A DNA stretch of 62,737 nt, counting the filler, from Globobulimina sp. (Eukaryota), in the NCBI GenBank assembly GCA_003354225.1. It is 35 parts of 35 records of this genome, joined end to end, with 100 filler letters (N's around TTAATTAATTAA, not from the genome) between each part and the next. Parts side by side here need not be neighbours in the genome. Positions count along the whole stretch, not along the records: positions 25,150 to 26,845 come from PIVH01013010.1; positions 26,946 to 28,641 come from PIVH01013011.1; positions 28,742 to 30,436 come from PIVH01013012.1; positions 30,537 to 32,231 come from PIVH01013013.1; positions 32,332 to 34,026 come from PIVH01013014.1; positions 34,127 to 35,821 come from PIVH01013015.1; positions 35,922 to 37,616 come from PIVH01013016.1; 28 more parts are not named here. The stretch is one strand, 5' to 3'. The position numbers were made by a program, and so were the translations under genes. Below, one piece after another: positions 25,150-37,716 of this stretch (within the stretch, counting starts at the first letter, position 1; each line of letters starts with the position of its first letter). The notes below the pieces were generated by a model. It saw only the letters and a program-made list of their open reading frames with translations, did not search any database and was not told the DNA's origin.

Positions 25150-26234
25150 CAATCTGCGCTTCTCAATAAATGTCTGATCCAAATGATCCACCAATATCTT
25201 AAGGTATTTCGGAGGTAATGGTGGCAACAACGCCAAGTCATTTGGATAATCGTTGGTGATGGCAGTCCGGATCTCAGTGTCAAAAGACGTAAAATCTTGA
25301 AATCTTTTCATCACTGTCCATTGACAATGATCATCATCGCAAATATTATTGTTCTCCACATGGATCTGATAGATTGTATGATCGTGTTTGAGTACCTGTG
25401 CTTGTGGTATTGTACAGGCTGTTATTTCGTCATTCTATATGTCACATATTACACATTATGATGTTGCGAAATTGCGTACTTGCACAGTAAAAAAAAAAAA
25501 ACTAAACTTCATCCACACCCACAAATACCACAGGTTTTATGCTAATAAATTTCGCAATTAATTGCTGTGAATGGTCGCCAAACCCTCCCTTGGTTAAGGC
25601 GTTGTTGCTCACTTCATCCAATTTAGAATCTATGTCCTCGTCGTTGGCTTTCATGGAGTCATTGTCGTTGGGATCGTTTGTATCATTTATGTCTTTCATG
25701 TCTTCTTTGGATTCGTTGCTAATGGTTTTTGTTTCTAACTCTTCGTTGTCGGGGGGCGTTAAAAAAGAAATATAGATTTCAGAATGGCGCAAATAGCGAT
25801 TGGATAAGATGCGTTGTAAATAATTCTCTAACAACATGCGCCTATTTTCGATGAAATGCTCATTGAAATGGTCGGTGAATAATTTCAAGCGTTTCTCAGG
25901 GAATGGCGGTAATATGATACGGTTCTCGGGGGTCGACAATTCAATCACCAATTCCTGCATCATTTGATGTAGGACATAAAAGAATTCATAGCGTAGCCAT
26001 AAATTCCATCGTAATTTCTTGTTGGATACATCCACTTCGTAGACTACGACATCATCTGCTATCTGTGTGGAGATTGTAGAGGTGTCAGGTGTGGCAGACA
26101 CTGATTATAGAAACTAATTATAACTCACTAACATGATATGATGGGATTGAGACTCGCACTATGTTGTGACCCGAATGTAGTGATTGAGTTATTTTTTCAT
26201 GGCGAGTGCGGGCTTCGGGTAAAAGATCTGCCAT
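25150..26234 (-). CDS. Tandem PX-domain protein, multi-exon, 3' partial
   Basis: Two PX cores: RYEFFYVLH...PPFPEK...IENRRMLLENYL and KRFQDF...PPLPPK...IEKRR. Confidence 0.85.
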
Positions 26235-26945
26235 GATATGTTATATCAGAAAAAACTTACTTTGCTCAAATTTGTACAGTTTTCAGGCCTGCTAGTAATA
26301 TTTTGTGGAAAACAAACAACAAAAGATAAAATATAATAAGGATAATAATTAAGAAGCAATATAATAATATTTAGATTTTTTGTATTAACAAAGTCCGTTT
26401 ACTTTCAGCTCCTCTTTCTTTATTTTCATATTCAATTTGCTTTACAAACCATCCTTTCTCTGTGAATTTTTGTTGATTCTTTGCAATAAATTCATTAATG
26501 GAACCCTTTGGTTCTACGATTTGAAATGCTTTAAATACAGATGCTGGTTTTTATTTATTAATTCTATACATTTAAATATCTCACATTCAAATACTTCACT
26601 TAAATTTATTGAATCTTCAAATGTGGCACCTCGTGCATTAAACACTGTCAATGTTTGTAATTTTTTAAGTAACCCAATAAATACAGAAAATTTAATGCTT
26701 TCTTTATCTTCTTCACACACAAATATTTTTGAAAATTTCTTATATCCATAAACATCTTCATCCCATTCATCATCATGACAATAAAAATGTGTATTCATAA
26801 AAGCAGTATTAATATTTACCTCATTTTTCTTTTGTATAAATTGATNNNNNNNNNNNNNNNNNNNNNNNNNNNNNNNNNNNNNNNNNNNNTTAATTAATTA
26901 ANNNNNNNNNNNNNNNNNNNNNNNNNNNNNNNNNNNNNNNNNNNN

Positions 26946-27874
26946 CATTTATGGTATATTCAATGTGATATGCAAATGTTTTTACTGTTGCCATTTCTGG
27001 TATTATTATTTTGTTATAATAAATTCTATGGTTTGTTATCTTCATTGATACCAATTATTGTTTGCTTAGTAATCAGATTTTACTATGCATTTTATTATCA
27101 TTTTGCGACTCCAACATTTCCTGGAGTGCCTGCCATCCATGGTGGAGACCAATGGTCTAAATCATCAAAACCATGGACAAGAATGAGTGTGTATTTCATT
27201 GGTGTAGCTTTGATGTTTATTTTTTTAATTTTAGATGGAAAAAAGAAACAATTTGCATTACGTAAATATCATTATTTTGCAGTTATATTATTAGCATCAT
27301 TTATTATGTTAGCTCTTGTTGTTTGGCCATATCAAGATATTGAACATGCACCAAATGACCGATGGAGTTTGCTATCTAATCAATTTTATTTTGCATTAGG
27401 TCGACCAGCATGGGTTAAGTGATATATTTATATATTCTTTGTGTTTATTATATAAATTCTTTGTATGTTATATAAATAGGGTGTAAGTTTAGCTTTATTA
27501 ACATTAAAGAATTTTTATCATTTAACATATATCAATCTTTAGGCAAATTAACGTATATAATGTATTTATTACATTTATTAGTGATTGCGTGGTGGAAAAC
27601 TGATTTAGAATTGCCAATATATTATACTGTATGGAATGAGTTATTATTACTTATTGGTGTTTGGTTTATTACTGCTTTTATCAGCATCGTATTGTGGATT
27701 TGTATGGAAAAACCGATTGCAAATTTAACAAATTCATTCATTAAATATGTTATGAAAAAAGGTGCAAAAAAAAAACCATATCAAAAAAGCTATATTCTTA
27801 ATCAACATGACCAACAATTATTATTTAATCAACACGACAATAATGATGAAAAAGAAAACGTTCCTGTAAACTGA
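26946..27874 (+). CDS. Acyltransferase-3 / NRF6-like O-acyltransferase, 5' partial; apparent frameshift near 27500
   Basis: CDMQMF, KPWTR, LGRPAW|G, LGKLTYIMYLLH, MEKP. Confidence 0.8.
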
Positions 27875-28741
27875 TATTAAAACTTTAATTTTTTTTGTGT
27901 GTGCTATAAACATCATCCTTTTCATATAATAAACATCATCCAGATAATAAACATCAGCAGCCAGAAGATTCAGATAATAAACATCATCCTTTTCATCCTC
28001 AATCTCCATCTACATCTCCTTAATATCGTCATTCTCCGTAAACCACACAAATTCGTTTTCGACGCAAATAATAATAATAAAATCGCACCTAAATCTATAT
28101 CACATCGCGACAATACAATGCGATGCAATGATAATACCTTCATCAGCGACGATTTACTGCTCAAACACTGCCAATCGATGTGCAAAATAGAAGTGAATAC
28201 TACGCGATATCTCCACAATATTAATCATGGCAATGTTCGACTGCAATCTATTGTCATTATGGCTGCGTTTATGCACCAGTGAAGTCTGTAATTATAGCCA
28301 ACCAACTGTGCATACACTGGACATAAATCATGGATATGTCTCCACGAACGACGCGTTAATTTATACCCCAATTTCTCTAATACTGCCTTGGGGATTTTAT
28401 TCTGTTGCAATGCATCATGAATAAACTTAACATCGCAGTCAAATCGTCAATTTCTGGCTTAATCAACCCATTTTCATCGCGTTCTCCGTTGATTAAGTTG
28501 GTGTGTATTGTATCAATCAGATAGATTCTAAAAGGAAAGACTTCAATTCTTCGATTTGACAAAGTTAGAAATTGCCAAATTTTCACTTTTGAAAAAGTCT
28601 ATCACATGTTTCTATTTTGTTTGTTGTGTTAATTAAAGAATNNNNNNNNNNNNNNNNNNNNNNNNNNNNNNNNNNNNNNNNNNNNTTAATTAATTAANNN
28701 NNNNNNNNNNNNNNNNNNNNNNNNNNNNNNNNNNNNNNNNN

Positions 28742-29056
28742 CAGCCAAAATCTATATTTTATCCACATGATTATCATACGTGGTATAAATACCATCATAA
28801 CGATGTTGCTCATGGCAGTCGTGGCGGCCTGGAAGCGGGGATCGGATTTTTATGGCTTGCGATATTTATTGCTGCGTTGTGCTGTATGATAGGCATTGTA
28901 GCGGCATTTATATTGCCGCAGAATAAAAGAGGTTTATATCAAACAAAAGTGATGGTTTTAAGCGATGTTAGTGAGGAAAATGAGACTGAGGATGAGGATG
29001 GCGATGAGGATGAGGATGAGGATGATGATGAGAATGCAAATATGGTAAATATGTAA
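28742..29056 (+). CDS. C-terminus of a single-pass membrane protein with acidic tail
   Basis: Open frame from the contig edge: GIGFLWLAIFIAALCCMIGIVAAFIL, then an E/D run and TAA. Confidence 0.5.
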   Translation, partial: QPKSIFYPHDYHTWYKYHHNDVAHGSRGGLEAGIGFLWLAIFIAALCCMIGIVAAFILPQNKRGLYQTKVMVLSDVSEENETEDEDGDEDEDEDDDENANMVNM

Positions 29057-29413
29057 GAGATTTTTATGGTTTTTCCCTTTTTTTTTTCTTGTTTTGTTGG
29101 TATATACATTTAATGGTGTTTTTTTATAGATATTTATACTTTGTATTATGACATAGCTTTTGTTATATTGTGCAATGGAATTAATTGAATTGTACATTCT
29201 CTACATATTTTTGTAATAATTAATATTAAAGTTCATGATCAAGTGCGTATATTTCGATATTTACTTATGAAGTGAAATCGGTTTGTATTATGACAAGTGT
29301 ACGTGTTTAATAATTGCACGTTTGAATGCAAATTAGTTTGTTCGCATCAATGTTCAATTATGACCTTGAATTAAATTATTGAATCCGTGTAAATTAATTT
29401 GTGTTAACTTCGA

Positions 29414-30436
29414 ATGGAAAATACTAACACAATGGATAGAGTTCGCGAATTACGTAAAATACAGCAATCAAATGGTATTACTAACACAAAACTGAGCAGT
29501 GAGGTAACATGTATTTTAGGTGGCATTGATGCAATCTTAGATCATTATTTAGAAGAAAATATATCACCGTTAAATGAATCTCAATTGCAACAACTTTCTG
29601 AGTTACTTGAAACAAATGTGAATAATATGATAACTAAAACTCTTATGGCAAACTCGAGACACGTTATTATTAAAAAAGCCATGGCGATAAATGATCTATT
29701 TCTTAATGGTACGTATACGTCACTTAATTAGAATTGGTGCATTTAACTGAATAGAAAGCAAAGTCACTAATTCAGTACAATTTTATTCGTCCCAGAAACG
29801 ATATCAAGGTTTCTAAAAACTTTATGATATACAAAATGTAGGTAATTCTGTATTATAGCCTTTTCAACATAAATATGATTGATATAATTTGTAGTCTAAT
29901 AAAATATAGACTGTAGACGGATAAAATAAACAGAATTATCGACTTTGCTTTCAATTCAGTTAAATGCACTAATTCTATTATGCACGAAAATATATCTGTA
30001 CATATATGTACATACAGATAAAGATAATTTTTTAAAATTATTGTTTTCGAAAAAGAATGCGGATATAATATTAAGTATTTTATATCACAAAATAACGTCA
30101 GCGATCATGTTTATTGGTCTATTTTTTTGGTTTTTTATTTATTTAAATCCGTCCATGGGACCATATGGCTATGAAAATGCGTATTATACCATATTCTGGT
30201 GTTTATTGTTAGCACTGCCATACTTTATTTTATTTATACTATCCTGCAATATAACCGCTTTCTGGTTAGTTTTGCGTTCATTTGAGTTTTGGGTAAAAAT
30301 GGCGTATATAATTGTGTTACAATTTGGATGGGAAACTGTGTTGGATGCAAAAGTTGAAATATTGGATGTTTTGCCGTCGGATTTAAGCACATTAAAGAGG
30401 TTTGATTATGTTATATCTGGAGTTTGCGGCACTTGT
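29414..30436 (+). CDS. Hypothetical multi-exon, multi-pass membrane protein, 3' partial
   Basis: Two co-directional ORFs separated by intron-like DNA; TM-rich second part (SFEFWVK). Confidence 0.5.
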
Positions 30437-30556
30437 NNNNNNNNNNNNNNNNNNNNNNNNNNNNNNNNNNNNNNNNNNNNTTAATTAATTAANNNNNNNN
30501 NNNNNNNNNNNNNNNNNNNNNNNNNNNNNNNNNNNNACAATAAATTACAATCAAAT

Positions 30557-31909
30557 ATGCTGCACAACAATCTCCAAACATGCACTCACAAAATACTGCA
30601 CCACTTCCACCACGCATTCCATTGCCTAAAACACTCCAAACCCAGCACATATTCACCACCATCCGCCCACACAAACCTGTCCACGTACCGTTACTTTTCA
30701 ATCCTGAAAAGGTCCAGAGATGACCAACTTGCGCGGACTCCAACGCCTATAACAAAGCCAGACACCGACAGCGATCCCGCCACAACAGACAACGCGCAGC
30801 ATATCGAAGTCCATGCCTTCCGCTCACTTATCACCATCGCTCCGTTACGCACGCCATCCATAGGAAATTTCCATATTTTTCTGTTGCATTAACCACGTTT
30901 TCCCCACAGTGAACCCGACAAAATCAACATCAATGACCTGTCCCTCTCATTCACCGAACGCAAAGCTGCGACTTTCCAGCAACAAAACCAGGCCAAAATC
31001 ATCACTGCGGAGCGGTCGCAGTCCGACGAAAGCGATGCAAACATAGCCTCCATGGGTCCGTGGTCTCCGATGATAGCCTATGAAATATGGCATAGTCCGC
31101 CCGAAGTATATGACAAAGTGTATGGCTTTGAGAGCGACTGCGAGCCGCCGGATCGACACAACATTTCATGGAAATGGCTGTACAAATTATGGGGGTATTA
31201 CAGTGAACGCGAAGTGCGATATCGATGCGGTCTGTACACATATATGAAGGCGCAGCGCCGTTGTATGAACGAGCTGTTTTGGGAGATATTTGAATTGGAA
31301 AACACTTTTCGTGTCGAATTGCAATTGCTGTGTTTGCATATTTGGTTTGCTAAGATTCGAATGATTGATGGTCTGTACATTTGTATTGTTATTTATTCCT
31401 TGTGTCATATTTTAAATTTGCATTGTTGTGCAGGTTGGGGACTGCATAAAGGACATAAATTATGCTATAAAACCTTCAAAGTCTTCTTCGAGCAACTTCC
31501 GAATCGCTTTGGTCAGCATTTAAGTGGAAGTAAGTCTCGCTGGGAACAAGATTGCCAACAGGCATGCTTGCATTTTGCAGTCAGTCTGGACCATGCAAAG
31601 GAAGACTATGAGTCTGGCGATAAGCAGGCTTTTGCGAAGGTGATATGGAATGAGTTGTATTTGTCTGACCGCGACATGCAACACGATTTACTGTACCTGT
31701 GGACTGATTATATTGTGCAGGAATTGGCGAGTTTGGAGGGAGTGAGCAATAATGAGTTTATAAATGGATGGTGGAGATTTGGGCCAATCCCTGTGATGGA
31801 GGATCGGTTGAGAATGAGACAAAGGATTGTTGAGGAGTTTGAGGGCGAAGGTGACTTGCATGAAAGTGATTTGTTTGATAGTGGTATTACTAAGAATGTG
31901 AAAGCGTGA
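30557..31909 (+). CDS. Ubiquinol-cytochrome c chaperone (Cbp3/UQCC1 family), with introns near 30844-30909 and 31370-31433
   Basis: FELENTFRVELQLLCLHIWFAKIRM, SLD, FAKVIWNELY; long N-terminal extension compatible with a transit peptide. Confidence 0.7.
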
Positions 31910-32061
31910 ATATATTTGAAATAGTAATGATTTATGACTGTTTTCTGTTCATTTAGTTTTCTTGAAGTGAGTTAATTGAAACTGAGGATCAGATAAAAAC
32001 TTTCCACAAAGTGTGCAGGCTGTTTGTCAACTTTGCACTGTAAGATTATTAGAACAACGTC

Positions 32062-32231
32062 ATGGAAGATGCCATGACAAATGATAATGCAGATGACAGT
32101 AATAATAAAGCAATTTATATTATAATGTATTCGCAGTTAATCAATATGGGATTTGATGAAAATATTTGTATGAAGGCGGCAAAGAAATATCCAAATAATT
32201 TAAATGATGCAATTGATTATATCGCAAAATG
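32062..32231 (+). CDS. UBA-domain protein N-terminus
   Basis: QLINMGFDE...AIDYI. Confidence 0.7.
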
Positions 32232-33051
32232 NNNNNNNNNNNNNNNNNNNNNNNNNNNNNNNNNNNNNNNNNNNNTTAATTAATTAANNNNNNNNNNNNN
32301 NNNNNNNNNNNNNNNNNNNNNNNNNNNNNNNAAAGAGAGAAGAAACAGTATCAATGGTGATGAGGTGGCATTTCGTAATGTTTGGGGAAATAACACGATG
32401 ATAATATTGAACCATGTGTTGTTTTCACAGAAATATTGCTGTCATATATCTGAAGGACCTCTTTTGGCGGTGGCTGTCTCGCTCTCTCTTGCTTTTCTAA
32501 GATATGCAAACATTTATTTAAATTAACACGTTTTAACATATTTTGAATTACAGGACAATATCACGAAACATTGAATATTGCGCCTTATGTTTAGTTATAT
32601 TTTCCCATAAGTTCAAGCTACATTACTACACCTTATAATATGTTGGCAAAATATGTTTTAACATAACTTTTGCTTAGTTTTTTTGTTCTTGTTGAGTCTA
32701 TTATAAAAAGCTGTAAACTAACTCCACAACAACTCCGCTGCAGACATCACTATTGTCAGAGCTAATTTATTGTGCTAATCTATTCACTACAGTCACAACT
32801 ATTGAGCCAATTTATTGTGGTGAGGGGTAATCGACACGATTTTTGCATCAATACTTAAGTCCGATTGCATGCAAGCAAACACAAAATATACAAATTAAAT
32901 TATATTTTATATGTTGAAAAGGAAGTGGTCGAGTTTCATATCACAACCTGTATAAAAAGTATAATTGAATAAAAATGTTATCCAATGGATATATCGTTGA
33001 ACACTTGAAATAGACAATAAATGATTTATAAATACACTTAATACAGTATAA

Positions 33052-34026
33052 TTAATGAAGTTTATCCATTTTATCCATGTTGATCAGCCGTCCCATCTGT
33101 TATATGCATAAAAACAATTAACCGGAAATAATTGGAAAGGAAATAAATAAAAATTAACATACAAAATGAATGAGCTCTGGTAGCAACAGCCTGGACATAA
33201 TTATATTTCAACAAATAATAGAAAGAGAAATATATACATAACATACCAATTTAGCATCATTTTGTCTTAAACAAAAGTTTAATGGTAAATGCTCACAAAT
33301 TTTATACAGATTATAAGCATCTGAAAACTGCGCAAATTCTATGTTCTTTGCATACGCTGAAGCAAAATGTTCATATTTACATTGCGAACGTAATAAAAGC
33401 TCAAAATTATACGCAGCTAATCCACCAAAACAAGACCTCACATCATAAAACCTATACTTTCTTATTTCATTACTTATGTTCCAACGATCGATTCCATGCA
33501 ACCATACACCATCACCAGCCACTGTTGCATATGAATCATAATACCATCCACCGTATTTTACACCATTTGTACATAGCACATCATATCCTAACTCCCATCC
33601 AACTGAAAATTCATTCGCAATCTCAGAAATATCAAATCCTCGCAAATCCATATCAATCCATAATAAATAATCAATTTTTATCTCCTTTTGATTGTCATAC
33701 CATTCCTTCACTTTATCCAACAAATAGTTTCTATAAACTACATACCGTTCCTCACGGACAGTGTTCGGATTTATGGACTTATGCAGTTTCATAATGTGGG
33801 CAATGTCTGCAAACTCTTTGTGTGGCTGAAATATATGTTTATCCACAATACCATTCTTATTCAAATCCAATTCATCACAATCCACTGTTTGCATTCCCCT
33901 TTGTTTTATATGTAAAATATGTAAAGTTATATGGTGCAGATATAAAATATTTAATTAACCAATCTTTGATTATTTGTCTTGTATTATCATTGCTGTTTGA
34001 TTCTAATACAAAGAAATGAGCATATT
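33052..34026 (-). CDS. CAP59/GT69-like glycosyltransferase, 5' partial, with an intron near the 3' end
   Basis: YRNYLL, WIDMD (DxD), YYDSYA, VRSCFGGLAAY, CEH. Confidence 0.75.
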
Positions 34027-34307
34027 NNNNNNNNNNNNNNNNNNNNNNNNNNNNNNNNNNNNNNNNNNNNTTAATTAATTAANNNNNNNNNNNNNNNNNN
34101 NNNNNNNNNNNNNNNNNNNNNNNNNNATCAATCCAAACATCGATATCCAGTCCAAATAACCTTCAAAAAAAGAAAATACGATTATATTGAAGCAAATTAA
34201 TTAATTCTTGAAAACGGATAGAAAACAAACGTGCAACAGAAAAAAAATCAATTTGTAAATTATAACAGAAGATAAGATGAATATAAGTTTTGCCTCTTTG
34301 AATTTGG

Positions 34308-35543
34308 CTATTTTTCCTGGTATCCCTCCTCTCTTAAAAACCGTTTCATTTTCAACTTGTCCCGATCTGCCAATCCAACTTTCTTTGCAAATCCTGGAAT
34401 AATCTCACGATCACACACTGAAATTCCATAAACCAACGCATTCGAAAATATAAAAGTCACCAAAGTCAGAGCAATTCCAAAAATACCTCCAACCTTTGCC
34501 AAAATGTCTAAAAATGAATCTTTTTGTTGTGTCACCATCGATGTTTTTACGCCGCCGCCCCACGGATTCAACGAAAACACCGCATAGTAATAATCAACAG
34601 ATGGAACCAACAAATTTGACCACGAACGGAATTCCTGAATCCAGTGAGGAAAATAATAATTATTTTCCACTGTACTCTTATAATAATGTTCAGATATTCC
34701 GTCCATTTCGTTCACTTTCTCAAAGAAATCCAAATAAACTCGTTGTCCATACAATATATTCAGAGCACTTGTATGCATTTTCATGTTAAATTTTTGCCAG
34801 TTTAAACCCCAGCCATTACCCGCACTCACTTCAGCATTGTCAATGACGCCTTTTGTTGCCAGTAACTCCAAAGAGTCTGCCGCCCAAAGTACAGTCTGTT
34901 GATCTGTAGGAAAAGCACCGTTTGTTTTGAAAACAATTGCGATTTTCTGCAGTTTGGGGATGTTGTTTGCTTTCAAGGGTGGTATTACAAGGAATATATT
35001 GTCTGAAATACTGAGGCTCATTCCAGCTAATAATGTGATGTTATATGCCACCCATTTTGTTGATGACTTATTAATCGATTCATAGTTAAACGTTCTGTCA
35101 ACCGTTTTTATTTCTGGATAGATTAATTCGTTGAGATACAAACCATTTGGTGTAAGTTCGTAGCCATTCAATTTGTTGGAAAGATGAATGGAAATGTTTA
35201 CGATGGACATATTTGCATATTTATATTTTAAATCGTAACTATTATCAATGTAAAAATAGAAAAAGGGGAATGGATAATATTCGACCGGTTCGATGGCGGT
35301 GCTGGTGATTTGATTTTGAGCGGGATCGTAATAGGATGGTAATAGCAATATTAAATATGATATGAGGCAGATATATATTACACAGTAACCATAACGTAGC
35401 AATGTGTTCGCTCGTTTATCATCTTGGTCATGCGGTAAATTACAACCATTGGTACTTTCCTCATTATCGTCATCAACAAGTCTTTGGAAATTGGCGTTGG
35501 ATTTCGTTGGGTTTAAATGTTGTTGAATTTGCAACGTTGCCAT
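34308..35543 (-). CDS. Two-TM protein with large extracellular loop (ENaC/PAC-like topology)
   Basis: TM near aa 50-68, loop of about 280 aa, SFLDILAKVGGIFG leading into TM2. Confidence 0.6.
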   Translation of the reverse strand: MATLQIQQHLNPTKSNANFQRLVDDDNEESTNGCNLPHDQDDKRANTLLRYGYCVIYICLISYLILLLPSYYDPAQNQITSTAIEPVEYYPFPFFYFYIDNSYDLKYKYANMSIVNISIHLSNKLNGYELTPNGLYLNELIYPEIKTVDRTFNYESINKSSTKWVAYNITLLAGMSLSISDNIFLVIPPLKANNIPKLQKIAIVFKTNGAFPTDQQTVLWAADSLELLATKGVIDNAEVSAGNGWGLNWQKFNMKMHTSALNILYGQRVYLDFFEKVNEMDGISEHYYKSTVENNYYFPHWIQEFRSWSNLLVPSVDYYYAVFSLNPWGGGVKTSMVTQQKDSFLDILAKVGGIFGIALTLVTFIFSNALVYGISVCDREIIPGFAKKVGLADRDKLKMKRFLREEGYQEK

Positions 35544-35604
35544 GATATGATATGATGGAACTGTTTTTGTGTATCCCTACCTCAACATCAGCTGTTGTCA
35601 AATA

Positions 35605-35718
35605 ATGGGCAAGCGAAAGTTAGGACGTCGTTATGAGTTAGGCCGTACACTGGGCGTAGGCGCATTTGGAAAAGTGAAGAGCGCAACCAACCTAAAAACA
35701 GGAGAACAAGTCGCAATC
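35605..35718 (+). CDS. SNF1/CIPK-like kinase N-terminal fragment, broken at VAI
   Basis: MGKRKLGRRYELGRTLGVGAFGKVK...TGEQVAI, then similarity stops. Confidence 0.7.
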
Positions 35719-35921
35719 CAGGAGGGTACGAGACCCTGTAACCCTTGGGAAAAAACGTTCTGCAAATGCGAGTGCAAAGATAAAAATAAAAAACTGAAAG
35801 TAAGTACTAACTCAAAAACTTNNNNNNNNNNNNNNNNNNNNNNNNNNNNNNNNNNNNNNNNNNNNTTAATTAATTAANNNNNNNNNNNNNNNNNNNNNNN
35901 NNNNNNNNNNNNNNNNNNNNN

Positions 35922-36206
35922 GCGCCGTGCCACAACTGCGGCATTGCTGGGCATTGGGCCGATAAATGTACGAATCCGCCCAAATCCGCCGCAAAAGCTC
36001 GCGATCTGAGTCCGAAAGCATTTGTATTCGCAGACTTGGGAGTATTACGCGAATATTTGGAGTACGAGCTGCGTTTAGAAGACTGTGAATGGTGGGATTT
36101 AGAGCGCGTCATCGACGATTTTGTCTTTTTGTGCTTCTTTGTAGGCAATGATTTCCTGCCACATTTGCCCAGTTTGGAGATCCGCGAAGGTGTCATCGAT
36201 AATTTA
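35922..36206 (+). CDS. XRN2: 5'-3' exoribonuclease XRN2/Rat1 internal fragment, truncated
   Basis: CHNCGIAGHWADKC knuckle; DLERVIDDFVFLCFFVGNDFLPHLPSLEIREG. Confidence 0.9.
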
Positions 36207-37616
36207 TTTTTTTTTCAAGAGACGAGGCTAAAGAGTAAGATGAATTTAATTAAATAACTTATCTTCATATATGTTATATACAAATCAATAGAAACGCTCT
36301 CAAAGGGAAAACCTAAAGAGTGCGGTTTAAAGCATGCAAACTCATAACTCCTTATAAGTTTGAGATATAACATACATGCAAAAGAAATCAAACCAATTCA
36401 AACAAACTCACACAGATAATATTAAAGACCCAAATTTTTTGAAAACTTTTGTAAATAATAAAAACTCGTTTTTCAAAGATAAAACCATGGCAAAAAGAGC
36501 CTAACAAAGGGCAAACTAAAAGAAGAAGTGGAGAGATATAAATGCAAATGGATTAATTATAGATATCAAAAACGATATTTTCATATACATATATTATCAA
36601 TGATAGAAACAGTTGAATTAAATTAATGATTGAATCAATTATTTAGAATACCTTAAACGTCCCGTCATAGTCACAAATAAGACTATCGATTGCAAGATCA
36701 ATTTACGGTGTTTCCATCGTATGTCAGTCGGCGGAAATAAGAGTGTTTTTAGCTCAATGTCCCATTGTACGCGCGTATAATATTCAGAGATGGCATTGAT
36801 TAAAATAGTTCGCGGGGCATTATATTGTGGACAAAATAGTAAAAAATGATCAACATCTTCTATGTTATTACAATATCGGCATCTTCCGCTAAAATTTGTA
36901 ATGCAACAATTTGATTTACAGTGAATATATTCAATATGCCCTTTGTTACGGCGATTTTGACGATTATAGAATGCTCGATGTTGTCGGATATGATTATACA
37001 AATTCAGAGCAATATGACCTGACCGTAATTGTAGCAAAATCATTGATTGATATTGGATTAAATGCAGTTCTTGTTTGGGATTGAAATGTCGCAATATATG
37101 CCACCGCCATTTATAGATATTATGTGAAATCAAATGGGAATCTTTTAATGTGTGAATATCATCAAATCGCAATGTATTAGTAATCGAATTTCGTATCAAT
37201 TTTTTGGCAATTTTCTCAGAAACGGGTAGTGATTCATATTTATTTTTATTATATTTAGTATTATAACAATTTCGGGCTGCTTTTTTTGCGAAGATATCTG
37301 CGATGCGGATTCCATGGTTGGTATCGCGTTTACATTTTTGTAGACGTACAATGATTTTATATTTGTTATATAAATAATTAATATCATGGTGTATCCGTTT
37401 AATATATTTTGTCAATACATAATCATACGTTGTTTGCAGCTTTGCCAACCATAATAATGCATTGATATTATCTGAGATTATGTGGATAAATCGATAATTT
37501 TCAAGAAAGTCATGTGACAATTTCATGATTTGTTGGATTGTAGTTAGTATTCCTATCAATTCTATCACATTAATATCAGTCGCGAAGCCAATTGATAATA
37601 AGTCCTGATGTATAGA
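36207..37616 (-). mobile_element. Non-LTR retrotransposon 3' end (RNase H + CCHC domain, ORF stop at 36639, 3'UTR, A9 tail)
   Basis: IELIGI...ISDN...IADIFAKKAA; QLRSGH and CRYC...EDVDHFLLFC. Confidence 0.85.
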
Positions 37617-37716
37617 NNNNNNNNNNNNNNNNNNNNNNNNNNNNNNNNNNNNNNNNNNNNTTAATTAATTAANNNNNNNNNNNNNNNNNNNNNNNNNNNN
37701 NNNNNNNNNNNNNNNN

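Noticed and set aside
27900-28586. Minus-strand gene from several short ORFs and ATAAACATCATCC repeats
   Set aside because: Frames could not be joined by clear splice sites and no family was recognised
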